NCBI GenBank assembly: GCA_964640635.1 | Contig: CAZXFD010000004.1 | Span: 9,262 to 73,261 of the forward strand | Length of the DNA: 64,000 nt | Direction of reading: 5' to 3' | Origin: an uncultured Gammaproteobacteria bacterium | Lineage (GTDB): Bacteria > Patescibacteriota > Patescibacteriia > UBA1558 > S5-K13 | In this document: one piece after another, positions 56,425 through 64,000 of the stretch | Numbering within the stretch: position 1 is the first letter of the stretch | How the letters are laid out: every line of letters begins with the position of its first letter | Notes under the pieces: generated by a model | The model's database searches: none | The model's input: the letters and a program-made list of their open reading frames with translations, nothing else | What the model was told of the DNA's origin: nothing | Program-made: the position numbers and the translations under genes

Positions 56425-57897
56425 ATGAAAGATGACAATAAGAAAATAACAAAAAGAACAGACGATTATTCAAAATGGTATCTGGATGTTATTGAGGCTA
56501 GTGACTTGATAGACGAGTCCCCTGTTCGTGGTTGTATGGTGATAAAACCATATGGATATGCTATTTGGGAAAATATTCAAAAAGTCTTGGATAAGCAGTT
56601 CAAGGACTTGGGAGTGCAAAATGCATACTTTCCTCTTTTTATACCAAAGTCTTTTTTTGAGCGAGAGGCAGAACATGTTGAGGGATTTGCAAAAGAATGT
56701 GCTGTTGTAACCCATCATAGATTGAAATTGGACCCATCTACAAAGAAATTGGTTCCAGACGGTCTTCTTGATGAACCCCTTATAGTTCGTCCAACTTCTG
56801 AGACGATAATGTACGATACTTTTTCAAGATGGATTTCATCTTATAGAGATTTACCACTTATGATAAATCAATGGGCAAATGTAGTTCGCTGGGAGATGAG
56901 AACAAGACCATTTTTAAGATCAATGGAATTTTTGTGGCAAGAAGGTCACACAGCTCATGAGAGTGAAAAAGAGGCAGATGACATGGCTATGAAAATGGTA
57001 AAAGTATATAAGAAATTTGTAGAAGAATATTTGGGTATCGCAGTATTGTCTGGTGTAAAAAGCGAGTCGGAAAAATTTGCAGGTGCAAAATATACATATT
57101 CTATTGAAACAATGACTCAGGACATCAAAGCGCTTCAGTCAGCAACCTCTCACATGTTAGCACAAAACTTCTCGAAGGCTTTTAATGTAAAATTTTTAGA
57201 TAAAGATCAGAAAGAGCAATTTGTCTGGCAAACAAGCTGGGGAATTAGTACTAGGATTATAGGTGCTATGATAATGGCCCACTCAGACGATAATGGTCTT
57301 ATAGTTTCACCAAAGATAGCGCCAATTCAAGTTGTAATAGTTCCTATATGGAAAGACGATAAAGAAAAGAAAGTAGTTTTAAACAAAATAAATAAAATTT
57401 ATAAAGATTTAGAAAAGATTAATGTGTCTGTAAAAATTGATGACAGAGATTTAAGGCCTGGTGCAAGATTCTTTGAATGGGAGAAAAAAGGAGTGCCACT
57501 TCGTATTGAGATAGGACCAAAAGATGTAGAAAATAAATCAGTGATATTTTCAAGAAGAGACACGGGAGAAAAAATCACTATTGATGATAAAAACATTTCT
57601 AAAGAAGTTATAAATGTATTAGATGCAATTCAAAAGAATTTATATGATAGATCCTCAAAGCTTATGGAGAAAAATACTCATATAGTAAATTCATGGCAAG
57701 AATTTCAAGACGTTATTGAGCGTGGTGGATTTGTAAGCGCACACTTCTGTGGAAATAAAAAATGTGAAGACAAAATTCAAACTGCAACAAAAGCAACCTC
57801 AAGATGTTTTTCATTTGATGAAAAAGAAGAGATTGGAAAATGTGTTTATTGTGGAGCAGACTCTAAGAAAAGAGCTGTATTTGCAAAGTCTTATTAG
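56425..57897 (+). CDS. proS: Prolyl-tRNA synthetase, archaeal/eukaryotic type.
   Basis: It has the YSKWYLDVIEASDLID N-terminus and class II motifs. The C-terminal Zn-binding domain ends CVYCG...AKSY, with the terminal Tyr characteristic of the archaeal type. Confidence 0.9.
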   Translation: MKDDNKKITKRTDDYSKWYLDVIEASDLIDESPVRGCMVIKPYGYAIWENIQKVLDKQFKDLGVQNAYFPLFIPKSFFEREAEHVEGFAKECAVVTHHRLKLDPSTKKLVPDGLLDEPLIVRPTSETIMYDTFSRWISSYRDLPLMINQWANVVRWEMRTRPFLRSMEFLWQEGHTAHESEKEADDMAMKMVKVYKKFVEEYLGIAVLSGVKSESEKFAGAKYTYSIETMTQDIKALQSATSHMLAQNFSKAFNVKFLDKDQKEQFVWQTSWGISTRIIGAMIMAHSDDNGLIVSPKIAPIQVVIVPIWKDDKEKKVVLNKINKIYKDLEKINVSVKIDDRDLRPGARFFEWEKKGVPLRIEIGPKDVENKSVIFSRRDTGEKITIDDKNISKEVINVLDAIQKNLYDRSSKLMEKNTHIVNSWQEFQDVIERGGFVSAHFCGNKKCEDKIQTATKATSRCFSFDEKEEIGKCVYCGADSKKRAVFAKSY

Positions 57898-58005
57898 CCC
57901 CCACCTTTAAAAATATTAAATAAAATAAAACACAGTTTATTATATGAACTGTGTTTTATTGAAATAAAAAAATTATAAATGCACCCTTTTTAAAGGTGGG
58001 GGGTT
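57898..58005. repeat. Nested palindrome: outer 16-17-bp arms (cccccacctttaaaaa / tttttaaaggtggggg) with a 71-nt spacer that contains an inner bidirectional terminator hairpin (aaaacacagtt..aactgtgtttt, 57927-57957).
   Basis: Read from the sequence between convergent proS and pyrG. The architecture matches the 12921-13022 element. Confidence 0.8.
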
Positions 58006-59674
58006 ATTTTATTGAAGCTTTTAGAAACTCAACAAAAAGTGGGTGTGGGCTAAGTGGACGAGACTTATATTCTGGATGACCTTGGGTTGCAATAAAAAAT
58101 GGATGCATTTTTTTTGGGAGTTCTATAATTTCTACAAAAAAGTCGTCAGGAGATGTTCCAGAGAAAATCATTCCCTTGTCAGTCAATATTTTTCTATACT
58201 CATTATTGAATTCATATCTATGTCTATGACGTTCAGAAATAATCATATCGCTTCCTTGTAATTTTTTGTAAGTTTTGTGATCAAAATAAATTTTATATGC
58301 TAGAGTATCTTTTTTTACTAAGCAATCAAATCCGCCAAGTCTCATAGAGGTTCCTTCTCCTTTTATTGTTTGATATCTTGCTTCCATTGGAATATTGTGG
58401 ATTATTGGATGATTTGTTTTTGGATTTAATTCACTTGAATTAGCATCTTTTAATCCACAAATATTTCTTGCAAACTCAACGCAGGCTAGTTGCATGCCAA
58501 AACAAAGTCCAAGATATGGAATTTTGTTCTCTCTCGCGTATTTAATAGTTTGAATTTTTCCCTCAGATCCTCGCTCTCCCCAACCAATTGGAACTATGAT
58601 ACCACTTGCATCTTTTCCTATAAGTTTTATACCATCACGCTCAATAAGTTCGCTATTTACAAATTTAATTTTCACTTTTACTTCACAATTCCATGCAGCA
58701 TGATGAACCGCTTCAATAAGAGAAGCGTAGGAGTCAAGTAATTGAAAGTCTCCCGTTGAAATATATTTTCCTACGATATAAATTGTGATTTCTTTTTTAT
58801 GCTCCGTATTTATTTTTTTATTTAGTTTTTTCCATTCACTAATGTCTAATTTTTTGAGGTTGAGACTTAAATGTTCTAAGATTTTGCAGTCAAATTTTTG
58901 TTTTTCAAAAACAAGTGGAAGCTCATAGATGTTTTTTAAGTCCGGTGCCATAATAACGTTTTCACCTTCAATAGAGCATTTTAGTCCTAGTAAATACCTT
59001 CTTCTTTTGTCTATTTCCATATTTCCACGAAGGACTAGAAAATCTGGTATTATTCCCATAGACATCATTGTGCGAACCGACATTTGAGTAGGCATTGTTT
59101 TTGGCTCACCTAAGTGTCCAGGAATGGGAACATATGTAAGATGAATATTTATGACATCATGGGGGAATTGTGTTTTTATGATACGACATGCTTCATAGTA
59201 AAGCATATTTTGGTATTCTCCAGCTGTTCCGCCCAACTCTATTACGACTATGTCTTTTCCTTCCCCAGCTTTTTTTATGCGTTTTATTATTTCATCTGAT
59301 ACGTGAGGAATTGCTTCAACATCTTCTCCTCCATAGCCAAAAGATCTTTCTTTTTTTATAACATTAAAATAAATTTCTCCCATTGTTGTAAAGTTTGCTC
59401 TTCCCATTTCAAGTCCGAGAAATCTTTCATACGTTCCAAGATCCATATCTGCTTCAAGTCCGTCTTCGCACAAAAATGGATCGCCGTGTTCTATTGGATT
59501 GATGGTTCCTGAATCAACGTTAAGATAGTTCTCACATTTTATTGTTCCAACATTGTATCCCCTGCTTTTTAAAAGAAGAGCCACTGATGCTGCAGTGACT
59601 CCTTTTCCAAGGCCTGATAATACGCCCCCGGATACAAATATATATTTTACGTTGCTCTTTTTATTTTTTTGCAT
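58004..59674 (-). CDS. pyrG: CTP synthase.
   Basis: N-terminal IFVSGGVLSGLGKGVTAAS, GATase Cys in GLCFGMQLA, C-terminal HPE. Confidence 0.95.
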   Translation of the reverse strand: MQKNKKSNVKYIFVSGGVLSGLGKGVTAASVALLLKSRGYNVGTIKCENYLNVDSGTINPIEHGDPFLCEDGLEADMDLGTYERFLGLEMGRANFTTMGEIYFNVIKKERSFGYGGEDVEAIPHVSDEIIKRIKKAGEGKDIVVIELGGTAGEYQNMLYYEACRIIKTQFPHDVINIHLTYVPIPGHLGEPKTMPTQMSVRTMMSMGIIPDFLVLRGNMEIDKRRRYLLGLKCSIEGENVIMAPDLKNIYELPLVFEKQKFDCKILEHLSLNLKKLDISEWKKLNKKINTEHKKEITIYIVGKYISTGDFQLLDSYASLIEAVHHAAWNCEVKVKIKFVNSELIERDGIKLIGKDASGIIVPIGWGERGSEGKIQTIKYARENKIPYLGLCFGMQLACVEFARNICGLKDANSSELNPKTNHPIIHNIPMEARYQTIKGEGTSMRLGGFDCLVKKDTLAYKIYFDHKTYKKLQGSDMIISERHRHRYEFNNEYRKILTDKGMIFSGTSPDDFFVEIIELPKKMHPFFIATQGHPEYKSRPLSPHPLFVEFLKASIK

Positions 59675-59687
59675 AATTAATTTGTAT

Positions 59688-60134
59688 TTATTCTTTTTCT
59701 ATTGTTAGTGTTATTGTGTCTTGTTTTCCATTTGGGAGCTTGATGCTTATTTTATGAATACCAACGGTTTTTATGTGATGTGGTAAATTTATTTTTTCTT
59801 TTTCTAGCTTTACATTTAATTGCTTTTTTAATAGTTTTGATATGTCTTCACTTGAAATACCTCCGAACATAATTCCCTCTTCATTTGCCTTTGCTTTTAT
59901 ATTTATTTTTAGACCCTTGAGTTTGTTAGACATTTTATTGTCTATATAATTTTTTTGTTTAATGTTCTTTTCAACGGATTTTATTTTTTGTGTAGTTTTT
60001 ATAACAACATCTTTTGTGGCAGGAATTGCTAGTTTTTGAGGAAATAAAAAATTCATAGCATATCCACTTGAGACTTCTTTTATTTCATCTTTTTTTGCAA
60101 CGTTTGTTACATTTTGTAAAAATAATACTTTCAT
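59688..60134 (-). CDS. rplI: 50S ribosomal protein L9.
   Basis: [36 protein letters not shown] matches the L9 N-domain. Length is 148 aa. Confidence 0.85.
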   Translation of the reverse strand: MKVLFLQNVTNVAKKDEIKEVSSGYAMNFLFPQKLAIPATKDVVIKTTQKIKSVEKNIKQKNYIDNKMSNKLKGLKINIKAKANEEGIMFGGISSEDISKLLKKQLNVKLEKEKINLPHHIKTVGIHKISIKLPNGKQDTITLTIEKE

Positions 60135-60176
60135 GGGGTTAGGATGTTAGTGGGTTAGTAGATTAGGGGACTAGAA

Positions 60177-61421
60177 TTATTTTAATAGTTCTAGGGCTTT
60201 ATCTAGTTGTGGATCTATGTCTTTATTATAGTCTTCTGTTGTGAGTTTTACTTCAATGTCTGGAGTTATTCCTTCTCCATTGATAGAGCGTCCTAGCGGA
60301 GTGAGCCATTTTGCTATTGTTAGTTTTAGTGATGAGCCATCTTCTAGCTTGATAAGGTCTTGAACACTTCCTTTGCCAAATGTCTTTTCTCCAACAATAG
60401 TTGCTAACTTGTAATCTTGCAATGCGCCAGAGACTATCTCGGATGCAGAAGCACTACCTCCATTTACTAGTATTACTGTTTTTTTGCCCTTGAGTCTTGG
60501 AGTAGCGGTGCTCGTGGAGTAATTTTGTGTTTTTGATTTATCACGGAATTCTTCTTTTACTATTACATTATTTTCTACCCAATCACTTGCTACTTTTATG
60601 GCTGTTGTAAGATATCCACCTGGATCATTTCGAAGATCTAGTATTATAGAGTCAACTTTTTTAGCTACTAAATCATTTATAGCTTTATCAAATAATGCGT
60701 CTGTGTCAGTATTAAAGTGGCTTATTTTTATATATCCTATATGATTTTCTTTTACAGACCATACAACACTTTCATATTTTATATCATCTCTTGTTATTTC
60801 TATTTCCTGATCTGTTTTTTCATCTTTATGTATAATGCGGAGCTTTACCTTTGTGTCTTTATCTCCTCTAATTTTGGAAACAGCCATATTGAGAGACATA
60901 CTAGTTGTATCTAATCCATCAATTGCGATTATGATGTCACCCGGTTTGATGCCAGATTTTTCGGCAGGAGAATTTGGTAGTGGAGATATCACGGTTAGTT
61001 TATCATTTTTTATACCAATTTCAGCACCTATACCTTGAAATTTTCCTTCTAGTTCATTTTGAAATTCTTTTGCAACTTCTGGTTTTAGAAATATTGTATA
61101 TGGATCTCCAAGGGATGCTACAAGACCCATTTGTGCACCGTAGAACATATCTATGTCTTTCAAATCATCAGATCCCACGTATCTATCCTTGATTGTTTCC
61201 CAAACATTCCAAAATAGTTCAAAATCAACATCTTTAGATAGAGAGTCTGAAACCGCATTTTTATTCTTTATTTCACTGGCACCATCATTTGTGGAAATTT
61301 TATCTACATTTGAAACGCCAACAAATAATCCTATAAAGAAACTCGCAATTATAAGAATTGAAACTAGAATTATTGTGATGCTTTTGTTTTTTTCTCTTTT
61401 TAACATTTTTTCGTCGTACAT
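60177..61421 (-). CDS. Carboxyl-terminal processing protease (S41 family) with a PDZ domain.
   Basis: It has an N-terminal TM helix, a PDZ domain (GIKPGDIIIAIDG), the catalytic Ser in GGSASASEIVSGALQD, and ILDLRNDPGGYL. Confidence 0.85.
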   Translation of the reverse strand: MYDEKMLKREKNKSITIILVSILIIASFFIGLFVGVSNVDKISTNDGASEIKNKNAVSDSLSKDVDFELFWNVWETIKDRYVGSDDLKDIDMFYGAQMGLVASLGDPYTIFLKPEVAKEFQNELEGKFQGIGAEIGIKNDKLTVISPLPNSPAEKSGIKPGDIIIAIDGLDTTSMSLNMAVSKIRGDKDTKVKLRIIHKDEKTDQEIEITRDDIKYESVVWSVKENHIGYIKISHFNTDTDALFDKAINDLVAKKVDSIILDLRNDPGGYLTTAIKVASDWVENNVIVKEEFRDKSKTQNYSTSTATPRLKGKKTVILVNGGSASASEIVSGALQDYKLATIVGEKTFGKGSVQDLIKLEDGSSLKLTIAKWLTPLGRSINGEGITPDIEVKLTTEDYNKDIDPQLDKALELLK

Positions 61422-61453
61422 TATATTAGTATTTAGTGTTTAGTATTTAGTTT

Positions 61454-62710
61454 CTAGCCTACTCTTTTTATTTTTGCTCCGAGCTTATTTAGTCTTTCAT
61501 CAATTCTTTCGTATCCTCTATCTATTTGTTCTATATTGTCTATTTCTGTTGTTTTTTGGGCAATGAGACCTGCTATAAGCATTGCAAGTCCTGCTCTTAT
61601 GTCAGGACTCTCAACTTTTTTTCCATATAGCTTTGAAGGGCCAGTTATAACTACTCTATGTGGATCGCAAAGTACTATATTGGCACCCATTCTTGAGAGT
61701 AGATCTGTAAAATAAAGCCTTCCTTCAAATATTGTTTCGTGTACTATACTTGTTCCTTTGGCTTGGGTTAGTAGAATTGTATAACAACTTTGTAGGTCTG
61801 TTGGAAATCCAGGATATTCGTGTGTTGTTATATTTATGGCGCTGAGATTGTCTGCACTTAATATTTTTATATAATCTTTCCCAATGTCTAGTTTAACCCC
61901 CATTTTTTGAAGTATTTTAATAGGTATTTCTAGATGTTTTGGCTCGCAATTTTTTATTTTTAGATTGCTTTTTGTGGCAACTCCTACGCATAGAAAACTT
62001 CCAGCCTCTATTCTATCTGGTATGATGTTGAATTCTGTGCCGTGAAGTTTTTTTACGCCAATTATTTCAATATGTGGGGTTCCAGCTCCTTTTATTTTTG
62101 CACCCATTTGGTTCAACATATCAGCTAGCGCTGTAACTTCTGGTTCGCATGCTGCATTTACAATTTCTGTTTTTCCATTTGCTAGAACAGCAAGCAACAT
62201 CAAGCTTTCTGTGCCAGTGTGACTTATTGAGTTGAAGATGTATTTTTTTCCATTTATTCCTTTGTTTATAAATGTATAAAATTTGTTATTGAAATTTATT
62301 TTTACACCCAGCTCTGTAAAGAAATCTAGAAATAAGTCTATTGGTCTTTTGCCTATTATACATCCTCCAGGATGAGGCATCTCAACCTTAGGAAATCTAT
62401 GAAGTAGAGGTGCTACAAACATAATAGAGGTTCTTATCTTTTTTGCAAGATCACTATTTAGTTTTTTTGGGTTAATTTTTTTGCAACATATTTCTACAGA
62501 ATTTGGTTTGATTTTTGTAACTTCTGCGCCAAGTTCTTTTAGTATTTCTAAAGAAAAATCAACATCTACAATATTTGGTAGATTGTGTAAAATAACTTTT
62601 TCGTTTGTTAAAAGGGTTGCGGGAATTGCTTTGAGAGCATTATTTTTAGCCCCCATTACAGATATTTCCCCTTTTAATTTTGTATTGCTGCTAATGATGA
62701 ATTTAGACAT
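61454..62710 (-). CDS. murA: UDP-N-acetylglucosamine 1-carboxyvinyltransferase.
   Basis: It has the FIISSNTKLKGEISVMGAKNNALKAIPATLL N-terminus and an active-site Cys loop (HPGGCIIGKRPIDL). Length is 418 aa. Confidence 0.9.
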   Translation of the reverse strand: MSKFIISSNTKLKGEISVMGAKNNALKAIPATLLTNEKVILHNLPNIVDVDFSLEILKELGAEVTKIKPNSVEICCKKINPKKLNSDLAKKIRTSIMFVAPLLHRFPKVEMPHPGGCIIGKRPIDLFLDFFTELGVKINFNNKFYTFINKGINGKKYIFNSISHTGTESLMLLAVLANGKTEIVNAACEPEVTALADMLNQMGAKIKGAGTPHIEIIGVKKLHGTEFNIIPDRIEAGSFLCVGVATKSNLKIKNCEPKHLEIPIKILQKMGVKLDIGKDYIKILSADNLSAINITTHEYPGFPTDLQSCYTILLTQAKGTSIVHETIFEGRLYFTDLLSRMGANIVLCDPHRVVITGPSKLYGKKVESPDIRAGLAMLIAGLIAQKTTEIDNIEQIDRGYERIDERLNKLGAKIKRVG

Positions 62711-62845
62711 ATTTTTGATATATAGTTTATAAAAAAATAAAATTGGCTACAGAGCTTGAAATTTGTGCCATAAATAGATAAGATTAGATCAGTTCTATTT
62801 AATTAAATTTTACATTAAAAACTCAGCTTATTCAAGCTTATATAT

Positions 62846-64000
62846 ATGAACAAAACAATAAGAAAACTTTATGCGATATTTGCTTTTGTGGTTTTTTTTG
62901 CTGCACTTTTTGTAGTTGTTTTTTTGGCAATGGGATATAGCTATAATTTTTCTAAGAAATCAGTAGAAAAAAGGAGCGTTTTGTATGTAAAATCTTATCC
63001 AAGGGGAGCAGAAGTTTATTTGAACGATAGTCTTTATAAACAACGCACACCTGCTCAAGTAAACTTTTTAAAACCAGATTTATATAATATAGAAATTCGT
63101 AAGGAAAAATATCAGCCCTGGAAAAAGAAAATACTTATTAAAGCTAATGATACTGTTTTCATAGAAAATGTATCATTGTTTTTTAGCGAGACAATAAAAA
63201 CAATCATAAAGCAAGGAGACTTTTCTTTACTTAGTTATCCCCCAGATAAATCAAAATTTTTATCTTATGATAATAAGAATAAAGCTCTGTTTGTATTTAA
63301 TATTGATCAAGAAAATTACTCTAGCTTAGACACTCCAATCAAAGATATTGTTTCTTCGCTATGGTCAAATGATTCCTCAATTGTTTTGATTCAAACAAAA
63401 AAACAAAATCTAATAGTTTATTCAGACTATCTAAATTCCCCAATGTTAAATATTGGAGATTATGTTAAGTTTCAGATAAAAGATTTTTTCTGGGATAAAT
63501 TTGATTCAAATTCATTGTATTTTTTAGATGAGAAAAATAATGCATATAAATTTGAATTATCTACAAAAAAAGTTCAACAATTAAATATATCAGGCATTAT
63601 TACTTTAAAACCAGAGGGAGAAAAAATTTATTATATTAGCAGACTCAAGGATAAAGATGGTAATACAAAAATGTCGCTTAATCTTATGAGTTTGAAAGAT
63701 GAAAAAATAGAAACAGTTTATAGCTTTGATACGCTGGGAGATATGGAGTTTATTCTTACAAATAGGGATTATTTCTGTGTTTTGAATAAGAATAATAAAA
63801 GACTCTACGTAATAGATCCAAATATGCCAAATTATTTGATTAAATCCTTTGATAATGTAAATGGTGCTAGCTGGGATATTTATAATAGAATTCTTCTTGT
63901 ATATGGAGATTTTGAAATATCTACTTATGATATTATTACAAATGAATTTGCTTTAATAAATAGATTTAGTGAAAAAATAAAAAATGCTTTTTGGCATAAA
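62846..64000 (+). CDS. PEGA-domain membrane protein, 3'-partial (it runs off the window end).
   Basis: The ORF is not in the supplied track because it has no stop in the window. The frame is open from ATG 62846 to 64000. An N-terminal TM helix is followed by a PEGA-like beta motif (VKSYPRGAEVYLNDSLYKQRTPAQVNFLKPDLYNIEIRKEKYQPW). Confidence 0.55.
   Translation, partial: MNKTIRKLYAIFAFVVFFAALFVVVFLAMGYSYNFSKKSVEKRSVLYVKSYPRGAEVYLNDSLYKQRTPAQVNFLKPDLYNIEIRKEKYQPWKKKILIKANDTVFIENVSLFFSETIKTIIKQGDFSLLSYPPDKSKFLSYDNKNKALFVFNIDQENYSSLDTPIKDIVSSLWSNDSSIVLIQTKKQNLIVYSDYLNSPMLNIGDYVKFQIKDFFWDKFDSNSLYFLDEKNNAYKFELSTKKVQQLNISGIITLKPEGEKIYYISRLKDKDGNTKMSLNLMSLKDEKIETVYSFDTLGDMEFILTNRDYFCVLNKNNKRLYVIDPNMPNYLIKSFDNVNGASWDIYNRILLVYGDFEISTYDIITNEFALINRFSEKIKNAFWHK

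Noticed and set aside
1-64000. CRISPR arrays, transposases/IS elements, prophage or integrated mobile element.
   Set aside because: No regularly spaced direct repeats of 24-48 bp, no transposase or integrase other than the chromosomal Xer-type recombinase, and no phage structural genes. Gene content is core housekeeping throughout.

Overview
This is a contiguous chromosomal segment of about 64 kb with very low GC (under roughly 30% by eye), compactly packed with small housekeeping genes. The gene content reads like a reduced Patescibacteria/CPR-type (Parcubacteria-like) bacterium: an archaeal-type ProRS, a CapA protein, a PEGA-domain protein and many secreted CAP-domain and Ig-like surface proteins. 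RF2 (prfB) is present and no ORF requires an in-frame UGA, so the standard code (table 11) applies. I call about 65 CDS and 3 tRNAs (Ser-TGA, Gln-TTG, Cys-GCA); there is no rRNA, no CRISPR array and no transposase. Recognisable blocks are a 5'-truncated acyl-CoA ligase followed by plsC, a HAD hydrolase and a large 7TM-GAF histidine kinase; a lower-glycolysis operon (pgk, eno, gpmI) with a degenerate iPGM paralog behind it; and uppP next to a DUF212 phosphatase. Next come manC, mltG, a processive GT2, the priA-def-fmt operon, lysS, a lipoprotein cyclophilin, serS, an FtsQ-like protein, and a single Xer-type tyrosine recombinase sitting at a point where gene orientation converges. Downstream follow an EnvC-like M23 peptidase, gltX, a TagA-NUDIX fusion, an asparaginase-like operon, rlmN, a DnaQ-like exonuclease and rarA. 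After that come surface proteins, CapA, trxB, an RRM protein, ndk, a receiver-only response regulator, a split ComEC, prfB and a trimeric NuoEF-type [FeFe]-hydrogenase (HydABC). The segment ends with a DedA protein, an SDR, proS, pyrG, rplI, a Ctp protease, murA and a partial PEGA-domain protein. The candidates for novelty are small, not a big enzyme cluster. They are a self-contained transcription unit for a 61-aa hyper-basic protein with a 9-codon uORF whose stop sits inside the main Shine-Dalgarno; a two-small-ORF locus driven by a textbook sigma70 promoter with an operator-like palindrome; a GC-rich structured island next to tRNA-Ser; a recurring C5ACC/GGTG5 palindrome family; a degenerate iPGM paralog; two domain fusions; and a dif-like repeat structure beside xer.
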